Source of the DNA: Chlorobiota bacterium
Lineage (GTDB): Bacteria; Bacteroidota; Ignavibacteria; Kapaibacteriales; UBA2268
Length of the DNA stretch: 64,000 nt
Direction of reading: 5' to 3'
Assembly (NCBI GenBank): GCA_046290495.1
Contig: JBKAGT010000005.1
Span: 1,602,270-1,666,269, forward strand
Numbering within the stretch: the stretch's first letter is position 1; each line of letters starts with the position of its first letter. The position numbers were made by a program, and so were the translations under genes. The notes under the pieces are model-generated. The model was not told the origin of the DNA. It searched no databases and saw nothing but the letters and a program-made list of their open reading frames with translations. Below are positions 29,655 to 38,455 of the stretch, piece after piece.

Positions 29655-30281
29655 TTACTTCTTTTTACTCCACTTTTCTACCATTGCAAAGAAGTCTTTT
29701 TGTTTGCCAAGAAAACTATTTTTAGTATGGTTATGTGCCTCAAGAAGAAAATCTTCTTTGATATTACCCTTCTGTACTCTAAGAGCCATAACATAAAATA
29801 CAGCCACTGGATTTACATCTTTTCTAATCTCTTCTTTAATCAGAATTGGCCTCCCATAATGTGCCATTTTCGGGTCTTTTTCTATTTCCCATCTTAGACC
29901 TTCTATCTCCTTTATCAAAAGTTCTCCATAATATATACCTGCATCAATCATAAGTGTAATAGTAGGTTCTATAAATTCATAGTCTGGTATTTCGTGTATC
30001 TTTTGTATATGCTTCGGTAGTTTGGCCCTCTCTGCCTCTATTTCTTCTGGTGTTTGTTCCCTTGTTGCAATATTCTTCTTAAAAAAATAGTAAATGGTTT
30101 GTAACTTATCTACCGATAATTCTACTTGGTCCGACTTAAAAACCTGCTCATAAAATATACGCAACCGCTCTTCTTTAATGGCAATAAACCAATCAAAGTA
30201 ATTTCGTACATCTTCCAAACTCATTTTCGAGTTGTCTTGTACAATATGCTTGGGCACTTTTATTTCTGGATAACTGCTCAT
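29655..30281 (-). CDS. hypothetical protein
   Basis: 208-aa ORF, no signal peptide, no recognisable domain. Confidence 0.5.
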   Translation of the reverse strand: MSSYPEIKVPKHIVQDNSKMSLEDVRNYFDWFIAIKEERLRIFYEQVFKSDQVELSVDKLQTIYYFFKKNIATREQTPEEIEAERAKLPKHIQKIHEIPDYEFIEPTITLMIDAGIYYGELLIKEIEGLRWEIEKDPKMAHYGRPILIKEEIRKDVNPVAVFYVMALRVQKGNIKEDFLLEAHNHTKNSFLGKQKDFFAMVEKWSKKK

Positions 30282-30402
30282 ATTATTTAGTTGCTTGCTC
30301 TACTGCTTCGTCCGAAAGTTCCAGTATTTGTGTACTTATATTATACCCTGCCTGTTGGGCTATTTAAACCTAAAAATATACTCATAATGAATCAAATAGG
30401 CT

Positions 30403-30765
30403 TTAATATTTGTCTTCTGAAATTGGGTTATAAAGATCAATTTTTTTACTTATTACCATCTCCTTGAACGCGGCATTAAATAGAAACTGTTTTTTCCCAT
30501 CTTTGTTTTCAGAAATAAGCCATAAGGAGTTAAATTTCGAAGGGTCAATAGAACGTTTTTGAGTTATGAAAATATGTACCATACCAAGTTCTTGAACTTT
30601 GTAATCATCTATAACTTTCCCTATTATACCATCGTCATTGATGAAGAAACAATCTATTAAATTAATACCTAATTCCTCTTCTTTCGAAACAAGAAAAATA
30701 GTAAATATATTATTACCCCAATATTGCACTCTTTCTACAGTATACCCAATCATTTCTGAATTCAT
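30403..30765 (-). CDS. hypothetical protein
   Basis: 120-aa ORF. Its start codon directly abuts the stop of 30766..31173. Confidence 0.5.
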   Translation of the reverse strand: MNSEMIGYTVERVQYWGNNIFTIFLVSKEEELGINLIDCFFINDDGIIGKVIDDYKVQELGMVHIFITQKRSIDPSKFNSLWLISENKDGKKQFLFNAAFKEMVISKKIDLYNPISEDKY

Positions 30766-31173
30766 TTAACCCTCATCGATTAAAAATGGTTGTTTTCGCT
30801 GTCTTCTACCTTCAAAGATAAGAAATATGAAACATACTATATTTGATAGTATGTAGGGAACAAGATTAATCATAAATGGCACTAAATACTGTTCTTCATT
30901 CAAATTAGCAAAAATGTTTTTACCAGTGAGAATATATACAATTAGAATAATTGAAATAAATGAAAGAACAAATGAAAATAGATATATTAAAGTATCATTA
31001 ATTTTATTCAGGTATTCTAGGATGAACGCTACGCATATCATTATTAAAAAAGCAGCAAGGTGAATAAAAATAAATAGAAGAAGAAATAAAGAACCATCGG
31101 CAAAGATTTTAATAAGTATTAAAGACAAAATAAAGCATAGAATTGAAGATATCCATATATACTTGTAAATCAT
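30766..31173 (-). CDS. hypothetical 4-TM membrane protein, paralog of 28104..28496
   Basis: 135 aa. See 28104..28496. Confidence 0.55.
   Translation of the reverse strand: MIYKYIWISSILCFILSLILIKIFADGSLFLLLFIFIHLAAFLIMICVAFILEYLNKINDTLIYLFSFVLSFISIILIVYILTGKNIFANLNEEQYLVPFMINLVPYILSNIVCFIFLIFEGRRQRKQPFLIDEG
30808..30860. repeat. 53-nt perfect direct repeat, copy 2
   Basis: Identical to 28141..28193. Confidence 0.9.
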
Positions 31174-31203
31174 AGTTTTTGCTTAAAATTAGGAAATCAA
31201 AAA

Positions 31204-32067
31204 TTATTCCTTCCAATTTTTCTCTATTTCTTTAACAATCCTTACATATCTAGAATTTTCATCTGCGAACTCTCTTGTCAATTTTGCCCATTCATCAAAT
31301 TTTTCCCTGTTCTTTAGTTCAAAATAGGCTATAACCATATTTATAGCCATTTGACCCTTTTCAAAATCATTATCTGATAACTCTATACCTTTTCTATAAA
31401 TCTTTTCAGCCTCATCAACTTTATTCAAATACTTGAGTGAAAATCCTAATTCCCTATAGAAATAGAAGTTATCTGGGTTACTCTCTATCGCTTTTTCAAG
31501 TATTACTCTAGCTTCATCAAATTTACCAATGGCATTATAAGCATAAGAAAGCTCGAATTCAAGTCCCTCATGATGAGGTTCTTCCTTGTAGGCTTCTTTC
31601 AGTGGTACTAACGCTAACTTACTAGCACCTACATGATTATAATGATAACCTATATTGGTTAAGTAAGAAACGCTTTCACTGTCAGTTTTGTAAACTTCTA
31701 ACCATTCAGGAACTACAGGTAGTCCCAATTCTTTAAGTTTATCATCTGGAATTACAGCTATTGGCTTCCATTCTGTATCAATCCTAACTTTAACCATGAA
31801 AGTAGTAGAGTCTGATTTTTCGGGTATAAAGTTATTTTCACTATCAATAGTAAAGCTTCCGCCCATATGGTATGTAAAACCTGCTTGTTGGTCAATATAT
31901 ATAAACCCATAATAATATGAAGTATCATTACCACTGTTTGGAAATGCTACCCACTTATCTACTGCTTCATAATATGCTGTATTGAAAGACATCTCATCTT
32001 GACTTTTTAGTAAACTTGAAAAACTTACTATTAATATTACGATACCTATTTTTACTACTCCTCTCAT
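31204..32067 (-). CDS. secreted TPR-repeat protein
   Basis: The ORF track extends to 32319, but that extension overlaps the upstream gene. The ATG at 32067 gives MRGVVKIGIVILIVSFSSLLKSQ (signal peptide) and overlaps the upstream stop as ATGA. The C-terminal half contains TPR-like repeats (AYNAIGKFDEARVILEKAIESNPDN, ...). Confidence 0.65.
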   Translation of the reverse strand: MRGVVKIGIVILIVSFSSLLKSQDEMSFNTAYYEAVDKWVAFPNSGNDTSYYYGFIYIDQQAGFTYHMGGSFTIDSENNFIPEKSDSTTFMVKVRIDTEWKPIAVIPDDKLKELGLPVVPEWLEVYKTDSESVSYLTNIGYHYNHVGASKLALVPLKEAYKEEPHHEGLEFELSYAYNAIGKFDEARVILEKAIESNPDNFYFYRELGFSLKYLNKVDEAEKIYRKGIELSDNDFEKGQMAINMVIAYFELKNREKFDEWAKLTREFADENSRYVRIVKEIEKNWKE

Positions 32068-33332
32068 TTCCCATCTCCCATTATGTTTCTTTTCAAAAAT
32101 ACGGATAGCAGTATAGAGAATATAACATAGGCAACGAACACATAGAATCCAGGTTGGAGCGATGTGTAGTTGGTTGTTATTGCCGTCATGGTCTCTGTGC
32201 TGCGGTTCAGCGTAGTTAGCTGATTGTCCAAAATTCCTTGGAATCCCACATAGGACATAAATATTGCCACCACCATCACATCTGCCATTGACCATTTGCC
32301 TGAGTTGAAAGTAAGCCAATCAGCTATCTTCCACTCTCTATACCTCTCACTTATATTATACAACACCATGGATGCCAATTTAGTTACAGGTAGCAACACA
32401 CTAAACGCCAATATAAGCCCACCAACTATCTTCGAATCTAGTTTGCCAGTGCTCATCATTATACTGATTATCTCAATTATGCTTTTGCTCCTGTAGAATA
32501 TAAACTGATCGGAGAATTCGATGTCTGAGCCCAATATCACAAATTTCATAGTCTGCAATCTGGCGTCTATCTCTATCATTGGCGATGCTACACCAGTTAG
32601 CAATATTATCACACCAAAAGCAATACAAAAGCTAAGAATAGGGGAATGCAGATCTTTGTTTTTCCTATTTATATATATTATCACCAGAAACACAATGCCA
32701 ATAGCCAATACCCCAATAGAGTGATACATAGCCTTGGTCTCTAACTCACTAGCTTTTGCTATCAGCATTTCGTTCAGCTCTTTTCGAGTCTCTACTTTGT
32801 GTTTGACTAAGTATTTACCATATCCACCAAGACTTTTAGGGTCGTGAGTAACTTTCGATAACTCTTCAATTTTTATCTTTATTATTTTCTTTACTCTTTC
32901 CTTGCTCTCATCGCTAGTTATTTTCTCCATTATAGCATCGGTCAGCTCAGGGGTCTTTTTCTTGAAATCCTCCACATCGAAGAATAGATTGACTGCATGC
33001 TTCCGAACAAATTTCAATATCGAATCATCATCTTCTTGAATTACTTTGTCCGTCTCCATAATCAGATTGTTTAGCACTTCTGTTACTGTTACCCGGATTA
33101 TACTGTCTTGCTCGTGAGTCAGCTCAAAATCATCTATTTCTTTTATGGCTATTGCCTTCAAGTCTTTTTCCCATTCGTTTACAGAAAGCATACCATATAG
33201 AATATCATTTGCTTTGCTGATATCGTCTTTTATCTCGGCTCTGGTGTGCGACAATTCGTAAATATGCCAACATGAGTAGGCAGTCACCCCCAAAAGAGCC
33301 ACAGAAACAATATATATTAGAAGTTTATTCAT
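32064..33332 (-). CDS. PqiA-like (paraquat-inducible protein A family) membrane protein with long N-terminal extension
   Basis: 422 aa. The C-terminal ~200 aa are hydrophobic and contain ..LPVTKLASMVLY.. and GKWSMADVMVVAIFMSYVGF, which resembles the PqiA WSM(L/A)DVF(V)VA signature. Confidence 0.55.
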   Translation of the reverse strand: MNKLLIYIVSVALLGVTAYSCWHIYELSHTRAEIKDDISKANDILYGMLSVNEWEKDLKAIAIKEIDDFELTHEQDSIIRVTVTEVLNNLIMETDKVIQEDDDSILKFVRKHAVNLFFDVEDFKKKTPELTDAIMEKITSDESKERVKKIIKIKIEELSKVTHDPKSLGGYGKYLVKHKVETRKELNEMLIAKASELETKAMYHSIGVLAIGIVFLVIIYINRKNKDLHSPILSFCIAFGVIILLTGVASPMIEIDARLQTMKFVILGSDIEFSDQFIFYRSKSIIEIISIMMSTGKLDSKIVGGLILAFSVLLPVTKLASMVLYNISERYREWKIADWLTFNSGKWSMADVMVVAIFMSYVGFQGILDNQLTTLNRSTETMTAITTNYTSLQPGFYVFVAYVIFSILLSVFLKRNIMGDGK

Positions 33333-33485
33333 AAGCAGGAAGTCCCATTGTTACAGCAATAATACGAATATAATTAGACCTAAAAAATATTTATTTTCAT
33401 TAAATGTAATAAATATTTGCTATTCTGAACAGTGTTCAATAAATTAGCATTGTTATATATTAATGATTTAAAAAAATATATTGTC

Positions 33486-34073
33486 ATGAAAAATAAAGAA
33501 TTACAAGAAAGCCGAATGCGTGGCTATTTCACTCAGGCCACTAAGGAAATGATACTTGCAGAGGGTACGAAATCGCTAAGCGTTAGATCAATAGCAGAGA
33601 AAGCTGGCTACTCATTTGCGACAATGTACAATTACTTCAAAGATGTAAATGAGCTAATATCATATTGCATTCTGGACTTTGCAGATGAGTGCGAAAGCTA
33701 TATCAACGACCGAGTAAGCAACAAAGAAAAAGGTCTATCAAGCATAGAAGCCAAAATAAAAGCATATACTGAATATATGGTACAATATCCTGGTATATTC
33801 GAGCTATTCTTCATCGAGAAGCTATCTATATCAAGCAACTCTGCAGATAGGGTAGAGCCAGCTGTTTCCCTTATCGAAAAAGTCTGCCAACCAGATGTGG
33901 AGCATTGCATAGAGCAGGGACAAATGAGTGTAGAGGAAGCTGTGGTTCTTATGCTCAACTTGCGCAATAATATAAACGGTGGATTATTGCTCTATATGAA
34001 CAGACAATACCCCAAATCCTACACTAGCTTTATGGCAAATATGGACAAAGTAGTTGGTTCGTTGTTGAGGTAA
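33486..34073 (+). CDS. TetR-family transcriptional regulator
   Basis: HTH region SVRSIAEKAGYSFATMYNYFKDVNELI. The ORF track starts at GTG 33432, but ATG 33486 (MKNKELQ...) is more plausible. Confidence 0.8.
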   Translation: MKNKELQESRMRGYFTQATKEMILAEGTKSLSVRSIAEKAGYSFATMYNYFKDVNELISYCILDFADECESYINDRVSNKEKGLSSIEAKIKAYTEYMVQYPGIFELFFIEKLSISSNSADRVEPAVSLIEKVCQPDVEHCIEQGQMSVEEAVVLMLNLRNNINGGLLLYMNRQYPKSYTSFMANMDKVVGSLLR

Positions 34074-34156
34074 AATGAGGTAATTACTATATAGTATGTG
34101 CTTTTTTTATTCATTAGCTGTCTTTCATTGTAAGGTTAAATAACAAGGAGTGTAAT

Positions 34157-35812
34157 TTGAAATATTCATTACTGTTTTCATTTTTAATTTTTACCACCTC
34201 AACAGCTTTCTCCCAGACTGTCACAATTGATACCGCTATTTCTCATCAAACAATACAAGGGTGGGAAGCAGGTACGGGGACATTAGTAATAGAAGGTGAA
34301 AGTATATATTCTGATACAACACTACCATACATAAGGGAAGATCTGGCAAAGTTAATGGTAGATTCTTTAGGGATAAATCGTGTGCGGCTAGAGGTTCGTT
34401 CGGGTTCTGAAAATCTGGTTGATTATTATGACAAGCACTTTATAGAAGAGAGTATCCCCTATGAAGAATGGAGAGCAAATAGATATGCAACAGTGAATGA
34501 CAATGATGACCCCAATGATTTGGATATGAGCAAATTTCAATTTACTGAGCTGGCCATCAAAATAAGGAATGCCGTATTGCCACTGAAAAAAAGGTTGGAA
34601 GAAAAGGGTGAGTTTCTTTATATAAATCTATGCTATGTGGCATTTACAGGGCAGATTACTGAAGGCGAATTTCATCATCGTGACTCACAAGAATATGCAG
34701 AATTTATACTAGCAGTATTCAAACACATGGATGAAACTTACGGTTTTTACCCTGACGGAGTAGAGGTAATATTGGAGCCAGGAGTAGCTGATTTTGGCAA
34801 TGGCAAATTGGTAGGTGAGTGTATGGTAGCAGCTGGCGATAAACTAAAAGCCAATGGTTATAATCCAGAGTTCATAGCCCTTTCAAACACGAATTTGTTT
34901 GGTGCAAATAACTCAAATATGATTGGAAAGTTTTTAGAAGTTCCTAGAGTATTGGACTATTGGTCGGAACAATCATATCACTGCTATGCTGGTAGAACAG
35001 ATGAAAATTTGAAACAAGTTGCTGACAGAGCTAAAGAATATGGAATCCGTACTTCTATGCTCGAGTGGTGGACAAATGGAAATACTTACGAAAGACTACA
35101 CACAGATTTGACTATAGGCAACAACGCTGCGTTTCAATTTAGGTTCAGTCTAACCTCTCCTAATGAGACTGGAGGTCTTTCGCACACAAAATTCATTAGC
35201 CCTGATGATTACACTATAGAGTTAAATGAATATGTAAAGTATATACAACCATATTTCAACAATATTAAGCGAGGTGCAGTAAGAAAAGAAGCAACTAGCG
35301 ATAGTGAAATACTTAACCCTGCTATATTCAAAAACCCAGATGGAAATTTAGTCCTAATAGTTACTTCAGCCGAAGAGTCTGATATTACTATTCAAAATCT
35401 TCCTGCTGGAACGTATGAAATATCATACACGACTGGCGATGGAAGAAGGGAACCAAAAGCATACAATGAGTATTTGCCAACACAAGCTATAAGCTCAGGT
35501 GAAGACTTAACAGCCAGTATACCAGACAAAGGATTCATGGTTATAAAGCAAATAGAAAGTGAAACAACTTCAGTTAGTAGTAGCAAAAGTGAATTACTTA
35601 AAGTGTTCCCAAACCCTTCGACAGGAATAATAAATATTGATTATTACAATTATTCTGAAATAGTTGTTGAAGTATATAATTCTGCTTCCAAATTAATTAC
35701 AACAATCAGAAACAGTACCGAAATAAACCTTAGCCATTTACCAAAAGGTGTTTATTTAATAAAATTGAAAGACAAAGAAAATCAATACACTAAGAAAATA
35801 GTATTGAATTAA
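34157..35812 (+). CDS. secreted putative glycoside hydrolase-like protein with canonical T9SS C-terminal sorting domain
   Basis: 551 aa with a TTG start preceded by aaggag, and a signal peptide. N-terminal QTIQGWEAG / LGINRVRLEV blocks are reminiscent of GH30-type TIM barrels (weak). The C-terminal ~75 aa is a typical T9SS CTD: LKVFPNPSTG...GVYLIKLKD...KKIVLN. Confidence 0.6.
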   Translation: MKYSLLFSFLIFTTSTAFSQTVTIDTAISHQTIQGWEAGTGTLVIEGESIYSDTTLPYIREDLAKLMVDSLGINRVRLEVRSGSENLVDYYDKHFIEESIPYEEWRANRYATVNDNDDPNDLDMSKFQFTELAIKIRNAVLPLKKRLEEKGEFLYINLCYVAFTGQITEGEFHHRDSQEYAEFILAVFKHMDETYGFYPDGVEVILEPGVADFGNGKLVGECMVAAGDKLKANGYNPEFIALSNTNLFGANNSNMIGKFLEVPRVLDYWSEQSYHCYAGRTDENLKQVADRAKEYGIRTSMLEWWTNGNTYERLHTDLTIGNNAAFQFRFSLTSPNETGGLSHTKFISPDDYTIELNEYVKYIQPYFNNIKRGAVRKEATSDSEILNPAIFKNPDGNLVLIVTSAEESDITIQNLPAGTYEISYTTGDGRREPKAYNEYLPTQAISSGEDLTASIPDKGFMVIKQIESETTSVSSSKSELLKVFPNPSTGIINIDYYNYSEIVVEVYNSASKLITTIRNSTEINLSHLPKGVYLIKLKDKENQYTKKIVLN

Positions 35813-35821
35813 GGAGAATTT

Positions 35822-37582
35822 ATGAACAGACTTATACTAATAACATTTATGATTGCAATCCTATCAGCTTATTCAAAAGATAGGTATTCGCACACGTACT
35901 CCACTTACTTAGGTGGAAGCAACTTCGAACAGGCCAGAGATATAGCTGTCGACAAAGATGGCAATATCTATATAGTTGGTGGCACATCTTCATCGGATTT
36001 CCCAGTAACTAAAGGAGCAGCTATAACAGAATACAATGACGCTGGTTCACCTAGCGTAGGTAACTGGGGCCCAATGATGGCATTCGTATCCAAATTTGCT
36101 CCTGATGGTTCACTCATTTGGTCTACTTATGTAGGAGGTCCAAGCTATGACCGGGCTTATGCTGTAGAAGTTGATAATGAGGGATATGTGTACATAGGTG
36201 GTCGAGCTGGAGAAGATTTCCCTACCACTACTGGAGCTGCTCAGGAGATTTTTGACGATGATAGAGATTGGAAGAACAACCTATACGGAAAGCAGAACGG
36301 CTTTGTAACTAAGCTGGCACCAGATGGAACTGAGATAGTATGGTCAACATATTATGGTGATGATAGCTGGGGTTTTTTCCGAGATATAGCAATTGACGAC
36401 GAAGGGTACGTTTACGGCATCTTGAACGCTGTTGTGGGGAAGCCAATTGGAATAGATGAAGATTCATTCGACGACACACACAATGGCAAAAAAGATATGG
36501 TGGTTGTAAAATTCGACAAGGACGGATCTCAAGTTTTGTGGGCGTCGTTCATCGGTGGCTCTGAAGATGACACTGGTGGTCCATCTATCAAAGTTGGTGT
36601 TGATAAATCTGTTTATGTCTGCGGAGGTACACAGTCAGCAGATATGCCTACAACTATAGGGGCAGTGCAAGAAACTTACGGTGGTGAAGGAGACATATAT
36701 GTTGCTAGGTTTTCACCTGATGGCAGCTCATTAATATATTGCTCCTATTTTGGCGGTTCTGAAACTGAAGCAACTGAGACGCATGGCCTATATGTTGATC
36801 ACCTTGGTGAAGCATACGTTGCTTGTGGAACAAGCTCAATTGATGCTACAACTACATTGAATGCATACAAGCCAATAACAGATAACCGCGATTGCTTGCT
36901 CTTCAAATTCTCTGCTGATGGAAAAACACTTATGGCATCAACATATTTCGGAGGAAGTGAAGGCGATCATCCCGAAGGACTGTATGTAGATAAAGAACAA
37001 AATTTATACTTCGGTGGCGAAACTGTATCAACTGATTTGCCTATTACCACAGGAGCAACTTTCACAACGTTTCATGGTGAGACAGAAGCATACGTAGCAA
37101 AATTGAACCCTGACTTCTCTGAAGTAGAATTTTGTACATACTATGGAGGTAGTGGTCGCGATGCAGTCAGAGCATTCAACCTTTCTGATGATGGTGTAAT
37201 CTGTATCTCAGGTCAAAGCCATTCGTCAGATCTGCCAACGACTGATGGGGCATACCAAGAAAATCATATACCACCTATCGATATGGCAAATGTGTACTTA
37301 GCACTATTCCAACCAGAGGAAAAAACAAATGTAAATGCTTTTGATGAAAGCTTAACTATATACCCAAATCCCGCTACTAGCAACATTAGCATAGAGTCTG
37401 AAAACATTATAGAATCAATCACAATTGCAGATACTGAGGGGAGAGTAGTGTACGATAGTATAAATCTTAGAGTTTCTAATTTGAATCTAGATGTCAGTAG
37501 CTTTTCTACAGGTAGCTATACTGTTACTATTAGAAGTTCAAATGAGACAAGCGAAACAAAAAACTTAGTGATAGTAAAATAG
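35822..37582 (+). CDS. SBBP beta-propeller-repeat protein with canonical T9SS C-terminal sorting domain
   Basis: 586 aa. Repeats of the form YLGGS..D.A..IAVD..GN.Y..G.T.S.DFP.T.GA. C-terminal CTD: LTIYPNPATSNISI...GSYTVTIRS...NLVIVK. Confidence 0.7.
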   Translation: MNRLILITFMIAILSAYSKDRYSHTYSTYLGGSNFEQARDIAVDKDGNIYIVGGTSSSDFPVTKGAAITEYNDAGSPSVGNWGPMMAFVSKFAPDGSLIWSTYVGGPSYDRAYAVEVDNEGYVYIGGRAGEDFPTTTGAAQEIFDDDRDWKNNLYGKQNGFVTKLAPDGTEIVWSTYYGDDSWGFFRDIAIDDEGYVYGILNAVVGKPIGIDEDSFDDTHNGKKDMVVVKFDKDGSQVLWASFIGGSEDDTGGPSIKVGVDKSVYVCGGTQSADMPTTIGAVQETYGGEGDIYVARFSPDGSSLIYCSYFGGSETEATETHGLYVDHLGEAYVACGTSSIDATTTLNAYKPITDNRDCLLFKFSADGKTLMASTYFGGSEGDHPEGLYVDKEQNLYFGGETVSTDLPITTGATFTTFHGETEAYVAKLNPDFSEVEFCTYYGGSGRDAVRAFNLSDDGVICISGQSHSSDLPTTDGAYQENHIPPIDMANVYLALFQPEEKTNVNAFDESLTIYPNPATSNISIESENIIESITIADTEGRVVYDSINLRVSNLNLDVSSFSTGSYTVTIRSSNETSETKNLVIVK

Positions 37583-37657
37583 AAAATATTACTATTCTGT
37601 AATGATAACTTTTTCTATTTTTGATATTCTAAAACCATTAAACATTTAGGATTTTTT

Positions 37658-38377
37658 ATGAAAAAGTTATTTTTACTATTCGCATTCGTTTCCCTTGCCT
37701 TAATTGGGTGTAGCGATGATGACAGCGATGACAACACAACTGGCCCAAGCGATGAAAGCATTTCATTCCCGCTAGCAGTTGGCAATTGGTGGACATACAA
37801 CGAATATAGCTACGATGCTGAAACTGAAACTCAGGGCGAATTACTAAGCAGTTCAAAAATTGAGATAGTTGAGAAGACTACATTCAAGGGAAAAACAGCA
37901 TATTTGGTAGAAACTGATGAGGATGATGAGTTCAATGGCTCCTATTTTTCGAATGAAAACAATGATATTTGGATTGGTGGACTCTCGTTCGAAGATGATG
38001 AGTTCGGTATAGCTCCTGACTGGATGCATTTTTATGATTCTGATTCAGATACTTGGGAAGTTATGAATGTTGATTTTACAAACGGAGATTCGGAAGAAGA
38101 AATTTCTATTAAAATCATAGGAACAGGTACAAAAATGGGTGAAACATCTGCTACTATAAACGGTAAATCTTATGACGGAATTAAGTTTAGACATGTACTG
38201 AGCTCCTCTTTTACGTTCACGATTTTTGGAGAAAAAATAAATGAAACAACAACCACAACTTCTGACTATATACTACTAGATGGAGTCGGTTTATATAAAA
38301 TCACAACCGTTAATGAGGATGTAGATGAAGAAGATCCAAATACTGTAGAAGTTTTAACCGATTTTATGGTTAATTAA
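37658..38377 (+). CDS. hypothetical lipoprotein (same family as 17688/18370)
   Basis: 239 aa with lipobox (LIGC), an acidic Ser/Asp linker, and an FPLAVGNWWTY block analogous to FPASLNTKWTY / IPLQIGAEWEY. Confidence 0.55.
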   Translation: MKKLFLLFAFVSLALIGCSDDDSDDNTTGPSDESISFPLAVGNWWTYNEYSYDAETETQGELLSSSKIEIVEKTTFKGKTAYLVETDEDDEFNGSYFSNENNDIWIGGLSFEDDEFGIAPDWMHFYDSDSDTWEVMNVDFTNGDSEEEISIKIIGTGTKMGETSATINGKSYDGIKFRHVLSSSFTFTIFGEKINETTTTTSDYILLDGVGLYKITTVNEDVDEEDPNTVEVLTDFMVN

Positions 38378-38391
38378 ATTATTGCATTTAT

Positions 38392-38431
38392 AAAAAAGCT
38401 CCTTCTTATGACAAGTTGGAGCTTTTTTTTG
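38392..38431. terminator. bidirectional terminator between convergent genes
   Basis: aaaaaagctcc-N14-ggagctttttttt: an A-run and a T-run flank the 6-bp stem agctcc/ggagct. Confidence 0.65.
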
Positions 38432-38455
38432 ATAGTTTAATAAAGTACTAGTGAT

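Noticed and set aside
30286-30366. Relatively GC-rich 26-codon open frame (..AQQAGYNISTQILELSDEAVEQATK*) ending 4 nt before the 29655-30281 gene start
   Set aside because: It has no ATG/GTG/TTG start in frame after the preceding stop codon and is too short to evaluate. It may be a gene remnant or a mini-ORF, but the sequence alone does not support it.
32068-32319. N-terminal 84-codon extension of the TPR gene (ORF track 31204-32319)
   Set aside because: It overlaps the 3' end of the PqiA-like gene in another frame and translates to an implausible Cys/Arg/His-rich peptide. The internal ATG at 32067 gives a clean signal peptide and an ATGA stop/start overlap.
37615-37856. Minus-strand ORFs 37615-37800 and 37656-37856 overlapping the start of the 37658-38377 lipoprotein gene
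   Set aside because: The plus-strand frame has a lipobox signal peptide and family similarity to 17688/18370. The minus-strand ORFs are Cys/His/Arg-rich shadows.
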